Positions 25,030 through 39,949 of a stretch of 64,000 nt of DNA are shown in pieces. The translations under genes and the position numbers were made by a program. This DNA is from Trichosphaerium sp. ATCC 40318 (lineage: Eukaryota; Protista; Tubulinea): assembly GCA_038496445.1 (NCBI GenBank), contig JALMLS010000489.1:1-64000 (forward strand), in the 5' to 3' direction. Each line of letters starts with the position of its first letter. Positions within the stretch are counted from its first letter, which is position 1. The notes below the pieces were generated by a model. It was not told the origin of the DNA. It worked only from the letters and a program-made list of their open reading frames with translations, and did not search any database.

Positions 25030-28000
25030 CTTTACACGGCGCTGTCGTTTTAACTCAATATTTCCGCGGCTGATATCCTTCCAAAACTCAGACTGTGAGC
25101 GCTCATATACATCTGGCAGGTAAGTAAACAACACCAAAAATGTAAAAATGTACCTTCCGACTGTTTTGTTGTCGAGAATGCTTCAATAAACTCAAGGGCT
25201 TCTAATCTTGGAGTAGGTGATGGCAGGTGCTGTATGCTGCTCTCCACAGACTTCATTGGTGAATTTTGCGCGGTTGATTCTTCTTTGTCAAGATTAATTT
25301 CGGCACACAAAGATCGTGGTGAGTAAGGTGAACACGAAGAGTAGCCACTGTTAGAAAGTGATCCTGATGGTGATGGCGAAGGTGTGGAAGGAATTTGTAC
25401 TGGTGAGGAAGATGGTGAACTTTTGCTAACTACTTTGTTTTCGTTATTTCTGTTTAAATAATGTAACCGGCGCATTCGAGTTTCCTTTTTGGCTGTTTCT
25501 TTATCTATGCTTGACAGCGGGGCTACAGTACCTATATGAAGTAAATTTTAAGCACGGAAAAAGAAAAAACACCCAAAAACGTACTGCGATTTAAATAAAT
25601 TGATCTTTCATCCTCGACACTCTCTGCTGTGAACCCTTGCGCATGCAGACGACACGCCATGATGTGCTTGCACTTTTTTCCATAATGGATGAAGTATGGA
25701 CATCCGCAAGTAGCTGTTGTGTGGCGTAAAGAAACTGGGTACGAACATGTTTTGTTTTCGCTGGAAAGACACGCATACATTGTAATATTGTTAATTTGTT
25801 CCTCCAGTTTTGTGACGTGATGCTTATTAATTGTTAGTGAAGAAAACAAACACCAAACGTACGTTTAAAACCAATTTTTGAGCTTTTTTTTCCATTTCAT
25901 CGTCTTTGATCCTAGCGAGTGACTTGCGGATAATAGCACCTCCAGATGCCTCAATTGAGTTTTGTATAACACAATGATGCAACAATATAGCAGGTAAAAT
26001 TGTTATACAACGTGTTATCCCATAACGGTGTTGAGAAAACCCTAAAAGCAAATCAATTTTTTTTTTAGGTAATATGCAACCTTTACGTACCAAATACAGC
26101 CATAAATTGCTTCCATTGTGTCTCGACCTTGTTGTTCGTATTAAAAAGGCCAAGACGAAAAGGACGACCAAAATCAGGCCAAGAGCACCTCCAATCTTTT
26201 CCAAGCCTTAAATTGTAAGTAACAACCATTGTATTTGTTCGTACCAGTTGGTTTTAAAGTACCAATAAAATGCATTGCCCGGGTCTACTTTCTTTTTGCC
26301 CTTTGATTTTTTATTCCATGTGGCGCATTTAGAGTTGTTTGACCATTTAAGGGCGTCATCTCAGATTAGTGTTTACTAAATTGTACATGCTTTGATTTAC
26401 TTTAAACTTTTGCCACACTACAAACACGTGTATACACAGCTCTGTGTAAAAAATTGGCTTCGAATATGAACTTCGAGCATTATGATGTGCTTTTTTTAGC
26501 AGTTTTTTTTATCTCAATTGTACATCCTCAGATTTTCCTTAAACTTTATATTCAAAGTCTACACACATATTTAAGGTGTTTATGGCAATATGAGCTTCGA
26601 ATATAAGGTTTAGGGATTGAATTTTTCTTATTTTGGAAAGTAAATCTTAATTTAGTATTTTTTCTTTTTTGCACAGGCTTGAATTTGCTTAATACGCTGG
26701 TATACGGTTAATGTATGTGTGCTAAGTGCAGTCATCAAAAATGAACTTCAAATACAGGTTTTGTCTTTAGTAATAATGTAAAATAGCCTAAAATGTGTTT
26801 ATATGATAGTAAAACGCGTTTTAGACACTTTTCGGTTTTGGCACATCAGTTTAAGCAGTTTTTTTTTTCAATTTTTCAAAGGCGACCTGTGTTGCTCTAA
26901 ATCGCTATGGAGGATGCCTTGTGTGTCTGGAATGTATTGTGTAAAAAGTAGCAAATTCTGTACGCTGGGTCTAATCTGAGAGGACGCCCTTAATGGTTTC
27001 GCACTTGCTTTGACAAAATAATTTGAACTTTTTTCCTTGAATAGTCAATTGTTTTTCAGAAGTTGAATGCTCCATCAAACAAAGCTGTCGCATTGCTTCC
27101 TTGCTATTACAATGTAAATTTGTGGTAAATACAGTAATTACGCACTATTCTGGAGTATTAGGTTTCAATTTAAACCTATCTCTTAATTTGTTACCCCAAG
27201 TACGTTTGTAGTGGAACTGACATAACAAAAACAGTAACCCTGCATTCATTATTCCTTTTCTTTCAGCAGCATCCTTATCTATCATTATAAATGGACACCA
27301 GTCATCGTCTACGCACAGTTAATTTTTTTGTAGTGTTTTTTGAGTACCATTAAACGTTCTTTTCATTTTAGTTTTAATGGTCGTCAAAAAAGTTTCTACA
27401 TTCTCAGCTTCGCTACTAGATGCTATACACAATGCACCTAAAAAGCCTCTACCTGTAGCAGGATCTTCACATACCATTCCCCATATAGGAAATGAGTACG
27501 TATTAAATTTATAAACGCTGTCTATTCCAACAACATTTTTTCCATATTTATGTAAATACTTCAAGCTATCGGGAGTTGCTAAGACAATGCAAAAGTGGCT
27601 CTCTTTGTAGGTTGGTCTATGTTCTGGTTGCTTGGGATATAATATATAGTCTTTGAACTGTGCCTCTTGTAAAAAGTTCAAGACCTCATCCACGATATTT
27701 TCAGACCTGAAAAAATTAAATAAATAAATAATTGTTAAACAATTACTTACGGCACAGTGTTTTGATTATGTTTAATCCACTCCTTTATTTTAGTTGCTGA
27801 AATGTCCCATTTCTTGTCGGTAGAATCTTTTATCAGAGAGCCATTAGGATTGTTTATTAGTTCTCGCTTTAATTTTGGGATAGCATCAGAAACAAATGCT
27901 GAAGGTTTAGCCCTGCCAAAGCGTTCTGATGTTGCATATTCATCTTCCAAAATGAGGCGTTTCCGAACCTAATTTGGTGTTAACAACCAGCAAAAGTCTA

Positions 28001-28475
28001 TTTGAACATGTACTAGATGTTTGTAGTACTTTAGAGAAACTTCTTGTCGTGCACTCCAATTAGGCTTGTGACTACCAGTTATTGTGATGTTTGCGTGAGT
28101 TGGATCTTCAGTGCATATTTCCCACATTAACACACAATTACAGCCAGCGTTACAAGTTTGGCAGTACAAAGTTTCTTTGCATAGAATAACGTTGCGTGGA
28201 ATAAGCTGTGGTGGCACATTAAAGTGTTTGAGTGCATCTTGGCCTTCAAAACGAGGATTTGAAAATTTACTTCCACCAAGCACCTGACGGTTTTTTTTGA
28301 TGCTATTGTGGCTCCGCATTGTGATTTTTCTTTTTTTTCCATTTTTACGAGTTGTGTATCCGCATTTCCATTCCGCATTGTACACAGTTGTTTCACTGTG
28401 TACGTTTAATAACTTAGGCAAGTCTTTAACTAAGACTTGCTGTTTCATCGCATCAAGTACTTTATTTGGCAACAA
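25030..28475 (-). pseudogene. MULE transposase (intron-containing, SWIM finger), interrupted by a nested element
   Basis: Motifs GIDSVYK (D1), MIDKD (D2), LCQFH, TNNKVE (E) and SWIM CGCPYFIHYGKKCKHI. The frame ..KCETI|KWSNN.. is restored when 26351-26989 and one TTAA are removed. Ends are approximate. Confidence 0.8.
26351..26989. mobile_element. non-autonomous TTAA-specific TIR element (Kolobok-like termini)
   Basis: TTAA on both sides (26347-26350, 26990-26993). 19-bp TIRs GGGCGTCATCTCAGATTAG and CTAATCTGAGAGGACGCCC (1 mismatch). Confidence 0.85.
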
Positions 28476-29475
28476 ACTGACACATGGCTTAAATTACATA
28501 TTTTTATTTGTACACCTGGACAACCACCCGACAGTTCAAAATCCACACGCGGGGATTTTATCTCAAAGAGCGGGGATTTTAACCTCACTCCTTGTAAGTT
28601 CGCTGGTTTTTATTAAAAAATAAGCGTCTACGCACGTTTTCTCGTCTGGTATACGTTTAGTGCGCAGAGACATGATATGAGGGTATAAGCGAGAGGTTTG
28701 ACTTTAATGTGGTTAAACAAACTAATTTAGTACAAAAGCGTGTTTGCTGAGGAAGAGGTGTTACTCTTGTGTGTTCAAAGTTATGCTATTCAGGAAAGTT
28801 TAATACAAGGCAATTTTATTACATAAAAGGAAGTATTACAACGAAGTAGATTAGAACTACTAGATGTATAAAAGGTAACTCTAGCACGAATATAGAAGTA
28901 TTGCGCTGAAAGAATAATACCAAACAGAGTAGGAGAGTCAGTACGCTAACACTAAATCCGTATCTTAATTTTGTAATTGCATCCTACTTTCGTTGTATAC
29001 CGGATTGTTTATTAAAGTTTAGTATATATGTATCATATATTATAGGTCTGGGAGCGACTCACTATTTTCATTGTACAGATAGTTAACCATTCATTTGTAT
29101 GAAAATACCAAAGCTTGAGCAAGTTTTTACTCTAGGATTATGCTCCTGTGCCTCTGTAAGGAAATGACTGTGACAGTCATCTGGCATGGCTGTAAGCTAA
29201 ACCTCGTCAAACAGATAACTTACTGCAACTTAAGACGCACAAAAAATTTGGCCTGCAAATAAATTAAAGTGACTTAATACGCTTCTCTTGCCAGGGTAAC
29301 ATCAACAGCTTTAGGTATTATTAGAAATTAACTCCTTTCCGCAACTAAAGTGCTACAGTACCTTTTGTAACACAATTCCAGGGTTTTTACCAGGGTTTTC
29401 GTCAGGGTTTTTTTCTGACTCTTACGCTCTAGTACTTCAGCTACACTCTATTTAAACGTGCAATAAGAAACCAAT

Positions 29476-32400
29476 ATGAGCGAGGGAAAACCCGAGTTTC
29501 AACCACTACTACCCGGTAACGCACTGTCGGGACATGTTTTCGGGCGTAACAATGTATAGGACATAATGAAAGGCAACCGGCTGCTTCTCACGTAGTTATA
29601 CCACTATTGAAGACCAAGGTGTCGCAGTTTATGGTAGAAGGTTCGTACACGCCCACCGGCACCCATAGAACGTATAGGACGTACTCTCTTACGAGAAATA
29701 GGAATGACATGCGCTTCTTGTGTAAAGACTATTGTCTCAATTCTAGAGAGCGAGGATGGTATATCGAAAGCTGTAGTGAATCTTCTCAGCAAAGTGTACG
29801 CAGCCCAGGGCTTTATTTTCTTTTCTTATTGTTATTGTTCACTGGATCTCTTAGTGCTGTAATAAAGTATGACCCCAGTATTTACAATGAAAACACTCTA
29901 TGCGAACTCATAGTAGATATTGGATTTGGCGCACGTATCCTTGAAGGTACTGCGCCAGGGGATTTGAAGTTGAACATTACTTGGAGAGGTAATTTAGATT
30001 CAAAGTCATTTAAGAGAACAATTCTGGAGATTGACGGCGTGAATGATGTTGAGGTAAATCATACTTTAAACGAGACGTATTGAGTTAGCTGATGTAAAAT
30101 TATAGCTTTCCGGGACTACTTTAAGTGTACGGTACGAGGTGGACTTCATAAAAGGAAGAGATATTCTAGCGCGTATTGAAGGATCTGGGTTTCCAATCAA
30201 AGTTTCGCCGTACTCTATTGAATCACTGACAAGAAGTTCTTTGAGTCACGAAGCTGAAATAAGGAAATGGAGATTCCTTTTTTACATTTGTATCGGCACG
30301 TGTTTCTTTGCTGATGAGTCTTTTTTTCTGAACTTTCTTTGAGATTGTAACTTTCTTTTAGCTTTCGCTGTACCTACGATGTTGTTGATGATTCTTCACA
30401 TGTTTGATACACCTGCTAAGAAGTGGCTCGAAGCTGACATATTTGAGAATAATAAATTACCTGGAGTATCTCCTTTTGCTGTTTTCATGTTCCTACTAGC
30501 TACACCTGTTCAAGTACGTTACTTGCAGATATTGGAAACGAATGACTCTAACTTTCGTTGTATAGTTCATCCTTGGTTCGTTTCTATATGTCAACTCCTA
30601 CAAATCCATGAAACACTGTTCTCCTTCCATGGACGTTCTGGTACAATCACATTATTTTGTGTTTGATTTTCCCAAAATTTCCAGCAACTTTTCCTAACTT
30701 GTGTTATTTTTTTCAGATAGTCATTGGGACCACTGTTGCTTATTGTTACTCCCTTATATCTATAATATTAACTATCACTCGTTACACAACGAAAACAACA
30801 CTAAACTTTGAAACAAGCGTCATGCTTATCACGTTTATTACACTGGGAAATTACATTGCAAATATTGCCAAAGGCAAGACTTCAACGGCCATAACAAAGC
30901 TCATGGACTTGAAAACGCCGACTGCACTAGGTAAGGAAATCTCACTTCAACTGACAATCATATCTGATCTTGTGATTTAGTTGTTGTAACAGACGAAGGT
31001 GGCAAAGTTGTTAGCAGTGAAACAATTGATACAAGTCTATTGGAACCGGGTGATTTGTGCAAAGTTCTCCCTTCTACTGGGATACCTGGAGACGGTGTAG
31101 TCGTTAAAGGGAAATCAGAAGTTAATGAATCTATGTTGACTGGAGAATCGAGACCAGTCCTAAAACAACCAGGAGATAAAGTGATCGCTGGCACTATAAA
31201 CATCACAGGAACAATGATTGTAAAGGTAAATACAACAAGTGTTGTCGAAGGTTTCTTGTTGATAACCTCCTTAGATTGAAAGCGTAGGAGCTGATACAGT
31301 GTTGACACAGATTACAAAGATGGTCCAAGACGCTCAAAACTCAAAACCTGATATTCAAAAGCTTGGAGACAAGTACGGTTTTCTGAGAAGTTTTTTTTGT
31401 TGGGATGCTTGTTTTTCGCTTATTTGACGTGTTAGGATATCTGGATACTTTGTTCCTGTTGTTCTTTTTGTAGCTGTAGTAGATTTTATTGTTTGGTACT
31501 CCTTGATTTCTACGGGCATAGTGCCTTCCTCCTGGATTCCAGAATACGTTGGAGAACCAGTAATCTTTGCGGCACTATTTGCTATTTCAGTTCTTGTTAT
31601 CTCATGTCCTTGTGCGATTGGACTGGCTACACCAACAGCAATGATGGTACAAGACTAATGATAGCGCATAATCTAACAATTTCTACCAGGTAGGAACTGG
31701 TTTAGGAGCTAAACATGGCATATTTATAACCAACGGAGAGGTGAACTTTGTTTCTTTTTTTTTTTTCATACATCAGTGATGTTCTTATACAAGTTTTGCT
31801 GTTGGCTCACTTCATTTTTGATAGGTAATACAAAGAGCCAAGGAAGTTACTGCTGTCGTGTTTGATAAAACTGGAACTCTCACGCTAGGGAAACCAGTTG
31901 TCACTGACTGGAAAATTGTTGATGGTATAGAGGAGAGCGAGTTTTTCTCTGTAGCTGCATCAGCTGAACTTGACAGTGAACATCCAATTGGTATTGCAAC
32001 CTCATTAAATCGATACAACATGACGTATTAACACTGGGGTTAGGAAAAGCTATTGTCGATCACGCGAAAGAAAACGGATACACAGTAAATCAACCTGCCA
32101 AGTTTAAAGGAATGTACGTGTTTGACCCGAAGTATATGCTTGAGAAAGTAGTTGAGCTGATGCCTTTACTTAGCGAAGGGAAAGGAATTGAATGTGAAGT
32201 TAATGGAAAGCAAGTAATAATCGGTACAGAGAGACTCATGAAAGAAAAGTCTATCAAAATGGATGTCAATATCAAAAAATGTATTGAGGGTTTTGAAGAA
32301 CGCGGATGCACGTGCGTATTCTTTATTGAAATAACAACCTTAATTAATACCATTAACTTTATTTCATAGAACAATGTTGTGCGCTGTAAATGGCTCTATC

Positions 32401-33282
32401 ATTGGGTCTGTGGCCCTTCGTGATCCTCCAAGAAAAGGTAGGCTAGTCGGTTTGTTTAAAAAAGGTAAAACCCTAACCAATCACAGAGGCAAAGAGAATA
32501 GTTAACTACTTACATCAACATTCAATAGGTACACAATCATAGCGTTTTATGTAAGCTTACGTTTGTCTGTAGAAACATACATGCTTACAGGAGATAACCA
32601 AACTACCGCTGAGACGTTGGCTTCTTCTATTGGTATTTCTAAAGTGTTCTCTAAAGTGTTACCACATGAGAAAAGACAAAAAATACTTGACTTGCAACAA
32701 GACGGACATATTGTAGCGATGGTAGGCGACGGGATTAACGATACACCTGCACTTGCTCAAGCCGATGTTGGTATTGCTATTGGTGCTGGGACAGATGCTG
32801 CAAAAGCAACAGCAGAGATTGTTTTGATGAGAAGCAATCTTGTTGATGTGTTGATTTCGTTGAGCATTATGAAGAGTACATACAACCAAATAAGAATGAA
32901 TTTTGTATGGGCATTCTTGTACGTAGCCAAACATAGTAGTGTCTACTTGGAAGAGCTTTTGATAAAAAATCACCAAGATGCTTTAATGTACTTTCTTTAC
33001 TGATAGCTTTTGTTTAGGTACAACACTCTTGCTATCCCTTTTGCGTCCGGATTGTTCTTCCCTCTTATAAAGATTATGATGCCACCGTGGGTCGGTAAGT
33101 TCCTTAAACCACTTTTTTTTTACGCTAGCTTTTTTTTCTGATTTTTTTTAGCTGGTTTGTTGATGGCGTTTTCCAGTATTTCTGTTGTAGTATTTAGTTT
33201 AAAACTAAAATTATTCAATGCACAACGTTTTTATGACATTGTCGAAACACCCGATGATGATACCCTTGTACCTTTAGATTAA
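29476..33282 (+). CDS. copper-transporting P1B-type ATPase (ATP7/CCC2-like)
   Basis: [48 protein letters not shown] and MAFSS motifs across many exons. Confidence 0.95.
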
Positions 33283-33565
33283 AAATAAATTCTTTCATTC
33301 ACTAGAATTAAGATTTCGCTTTTCTTTAACCTACGCTTGCCAGCTTTCACCTTGTGTATGTCCGCCAACAGTAGCTGAAAAAAATTAATAATTAAAGGAC
33401 AACCAACCAAAACAATTTTATTGGAGAACGAATTTGTTGACACGTGCACACTGTAACAAAAAAGAAAACTAAAGACGAACAATTCTGTTTTATCAATTTT
33501 AACACTACTTTGCTTGACCATATGCTCCAAATACTATATTCTTTTTTCAAAATAATCGTTACAAC

Positions 33566-35738
<2,173 letters not shown>

Positions 35739-35799
35739 GCGTATTCATTTATTCACATGGTGAAAATCTTTTTTAGTTAGCAGGTTAAATAAAAGTTGT

Positions 35800-37766
35800 T
35801 TAGTGCCTGGATTGTTCTCATCCGCTCGCGCAAGGATTCTATCATGCATCATCTCTTGTGAACATGTATCCGCAACGTATATTTGTTTACATATTTACAG
35901 TAATTCCAGTTGTTCTCGCGTTCTCAATGAGTAAAGTAATATTATTTGTACAATTGTTAGTTTTTAGATGCGTTTTTTTTTGGCCTATTCCTCGTTTGTT
36001 TTCTTTGATTTACCCTTTTTTTTCACTCTTGTCCTATGTCTACGTCCCTTTCTATGTGGATCCCATTGTAATTGACTTATTTCAACCTCACAAGCTTCAC
36101 ACCACACTCTTAATTTCCATTAATAAAAAGCTCAAAAAGAAAATAATTTTTTTAAAGAACTTACTTCGTTTCTGGCATCTTTGTCTCAACACTAGCAGCT
36201 GGTATAAATTGAATACTTTTATATACATCCAAAGGCTCTGAATTAAGAACAAAGTCTTTAATCAAAGAGCAAGTAGGTGTGACAACAGTAGCAACAAAGG
36301 CTTCCTAAACGCAACTTTTGAGTACGAAATTCTTCATCAATTCTTTTGTACCTTGTCTGACGAATCAGCAATGTATATTCCTTTACCAAAGGATTCGTGA
36401 AGTCTAGGAACCAGGTGGTTCTTGATCCACCTTATCTGCTTTGTAGCATACCGCCTATCAATAGTTAAAAGTTAAACCAAAAGAAAAGACTTCACGCACG
36501 TTGTTGTTTGTATTAGCTTATCACGTGAATCTTCAAGAAGTTTTTTGCCTTCATCAGATTCTAAACTACTAGTGCCATCATTTAATGACAAGTACTTCAA
36601 TAATGCATCAAATTCTTTATAACCTATTGCTTGCAGGACGCCTTAAGAAAGTTGAGAATTACTTAAGGATTAAACTAAACTATTTGTAACGCTACCTTTC
36701 GTGTAGTCAACCTCAACATTCTGGCTTTCAAAGGTCTTCCTGATACTCAACAGCTCATCTACTAGGCCCTGTATTATGTAAGACAAACTACTGTAAGAGA
36801 CGATTGTATACCTTGGCCAGTAACTTGTCTACACGTGCTGCCAAACGTGTATTCAAAACACAAGTGTCACATTTTACCCAAATAATACATGCTTCATAGC
36901 GCATCTTTTCAACTACCACAACTATTAATACACAATAAGTATATATATTTACCTTGTTGGCTTATTAACTCTGAATGTTTTAACCCAGTGGTTTGAAAAA
37001 TAACCAAAGAATTGAGAATTTTTCTTCGATTATTTTTATGCAGTTGACCTGCTCTTTCTTTGTCATGTTCCTGCCAGGAGTTACTACAAGGATACGAAAA
37101 TAGATCTCATTAATACGTACGTATAGCATATCATAAAGTTGTTCAGTTGGAAGTGCCTCAAGCTCGTTTTTTGTTGTTTGTTCTGATTGTTTTTCTTTTG
37201 TAGTTTCATTTTCTTGTTTGCTCTTCGTTGAAAAGAGTAATGCTTCAATATAATAATTCGTTCCACCACAGATGATAGGTAGTTTACCTCTTGACAGTAT
37301 ATCACTGATATGTCATTCGTTAAGGCGTGTGAGATGCGATTTGTCATAAAACTGCTTATACAAGGATACTATAGGCAATGTACGCTCTGCGTATGTCCTG
37401 ACGTTAAATTCTTTATTTGTAGGCTCTATTATATTTAACATCCAATGCTTAACGCCAGACATCTCGTCTTCCGTTATCTGGTTTGTTGCTATTGGTAGCC
37501 CCTGTTTTAACGTTACAAATTTGCGTAAATTATGGAATTCACCTTGTAGCATTGCATAGCGTCCGCTGATACTACCTTTACGCGGTTACGCTATTGTAAC
37601 AACTTACAAAAATGTACCTCTCCATTGAAACGTAATGCTATTTCTACCGCCTAACAAGCGCGTTAAATACGCAGTAGACGTCTACAAACGTTAAATGTAC
37701 CAAATCCGATTTGCCGGCCCCTGTTGTACCTGCAACAACCACAACGCGCTTTGCAGGTGCCGCCAT
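35800..37766 (-). CDS. tRNA dimethylallyl(isopentenyl)transferase (TRIT1/MOD5-like)
   Basis: MAAPAKRVVVVAGTTGAGKSDL P-loop, SADAMQ, GLPIATNQ, QAIGYKEF, RRYATKQIRW and a C-terminal C2H2 finger (CEAC..H..H). The 3' end is approximate. Confidence 0.9.
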
Positions 37767-37945
37767 AACAATGTTCAATGGTCTAAAACAGTACAAACGC
37801 TATTTGCCTCAGACTCAATTTTTGCGAGTTTTTTTCACAGCGAGTCGCCAAAAAAAAGCTCGAAGAGAGAATACCGTTGAAATACTTCGAACATCACTTT
37901 GATATTTTTCCACCCTCCCGCCACTTTTACAAACAAGTTAAACAA

Positions 37946-38970
37946 ATGAGCAGCATTAATGTACTAGGCATTCAAGTACTAGACAACCCTACAAAATTTA
38001 CGAATCCATTTCAGTTTGAAATAACGTTTGAGTGCGTAAGCCCAATCACAGATGGTACGTGCACAAAATACCCCCGCTACAGTTTTTTCTTTTTGTTATT
38101 TCTTTTGTAGTCTAAACCACATGACGTAAACTGCTTTAATATAGTACCCGGCGCACGTACTAATAATATTCATAGACTTGGAGTGGAGTTTAACGTATGT
38201 TGGGTCCGCTGATAATAAAGACTTGGATCAAGAATTAGATTCTATACTTCTCGGACCAATAGCTGTCGGCACAAACAAATTTGTATTCCAGGTACTCAAA
38301 CCGGTTTTTTTATTTTGCGGTTACAACGATTGAGTGAAGTGTCGCTTAAACTCTACCAAACACACTAAAAGGCCCACATTTCGATTGTTTTAATGTAATC
38401 AATCGATTTAGTACGCATTTCGTTAACTTTCGTTTTACGCTATAGGCATCACCGCCAAGGCCCGCAGAAATACCACCACAAGATGTACTAGGCGTTACAG
38501 TAGTTTTATTGACTTGCAAATATAAAAAGAATGAATTTATTCGTGTTGGTTACTACATCAACAACGAGGTTGCTCTAGGCGTTGATATGACACAGTATCC
38601 TCAAGGTACACTCCCAGATCCATCAATGATTGTCCGAAGCGTTATGGCTGATAAGCCTTGTGTTACATTGTATAATATTCCTTGGGACGGACAACAACAG
38701 GTACTTGATTAAATTTATTTTTTTTTGTAGAGTTCAACTACGTGCTTTTTTTTTATTTCTGGTGAACAGTGATTCTTTTGTTTGTGATGTTCATAAACCA
38801 ACTTTTTTTTTTTTCTCATTATGAAACATTTGTTTTCTTTTCCTCATTGTGGCTTGTAGGAACAACAACCTATGTTCTCTGCTGGTCCTTCATCTACTGA
38901 AGAGAGCTATGCTATGGATGATGATATTATGGGTAGTGGTGGAGATGATGATGCAAACATGGAGCTCTGA
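37946..38970 (+). CDS. ASF1: histone chaperone ASF1
   Basis: [40 protein letters not shown] and [12 protein letters not shown], with an acidic tail. Confidence 0.96.
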
Positions 38971-39359
38971 GGCCGGTTTCGCCTTTTACACAAAAAAAGA
39001 GAGCTTATTCTTAGGGCCAGCTTATACCCCCATTTTTTTAATTATCGTTAAAATTACGTGGTAAGGTTGCGTTTTGGGTGTATATAAAAAACGTCGATGC
39101 AATCATCGTTCTATGTAATTTTATACAAAGTAAAAAGTAACTAAAAAAAAAAACCAATAACTGACTTTGATTATGTAATCCCAAACATCGGATTATCGAT
39201 GCCCATTTTTCCGTCCGTCGTTACTCAAACCTAATAATATGGATTCTATCAGGCGAATTAAAATATGAAACTTGTTACAATGTACTGAATGCTGAACAAA
39301 TACAAGCAAAAAAAAATGTGACTATGAAAATCTTTTTAGTCATTAAAACGGGACAATTC

Positions 39360-39733
39360 TTCCATCAACAAATTGCCCGTTTTTCACAACTGGTCTGTAT
39401 TCCACTGTCCATTGCTGTATTCACACGATGTCTATAATCTTTGACCAATATGGTTCCATTACAAAAAGGTTCTCTGATACTATATTTAAGCGTACATGCC
39501 ATACTGAAGACTAGTAACGTTAAATTTATTGTGGTTATTATTTACCACAAAGCATCTACCATAGCTGTTGCTTTTTCATGAGTCATTACAGGTGGTGTAT
39601 TCATTAAATGTAAAATAACATCTTCTCTAATCTTGTTGGCTTGTTCGTCTGTTAAGGCTGGTACAGCTGGTTCTGGCAGCCTTCCCAATTCTTTTACGTT
39701 TTGGTGTGCGTGTACAGCTAGAACGCTGCCCAT
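39360..39733 (-). CDS. small hypothetical protein (MG start)
   Basis: Coding-like first exon MGSVLAVHAHQNVKELGRLPEP... ending at a GT donor. The downstream exons are uncertain. Confidence 0.35.
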
Positions 39734-39949
39734 AAGAAATAATTTTTAAAGTCACACGAAGCTTAGTTTGAGTTAACTTAACTTAACAAATTTTATTGCT
39801 TCAAAAATTAAAACATCTCCTCATAGTTGTATCTTTACGAAATATACAATCGAGTACCTCTTTCTTTTTGCACGTGGTGTGCATAGTTTAGGCAGTTTTG
39901 ATAGTTAAATTATGATTGATTTTTTCAAAAAAAATGGATAATATTTCAT

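Larger units (their letters stand above)
24823..28591 (-). mobile_element. Mutator-like (MULE) DNA transposon
   Basis: About 70-bp TIRs (GGAGTGAGGTTAAAATCCCCGCTCTTTG...). Perfect 9-bp TSD TTGTAAGTT (24814-24822, 28592-28600). Encodes a transposase. Confidence 0.93.
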
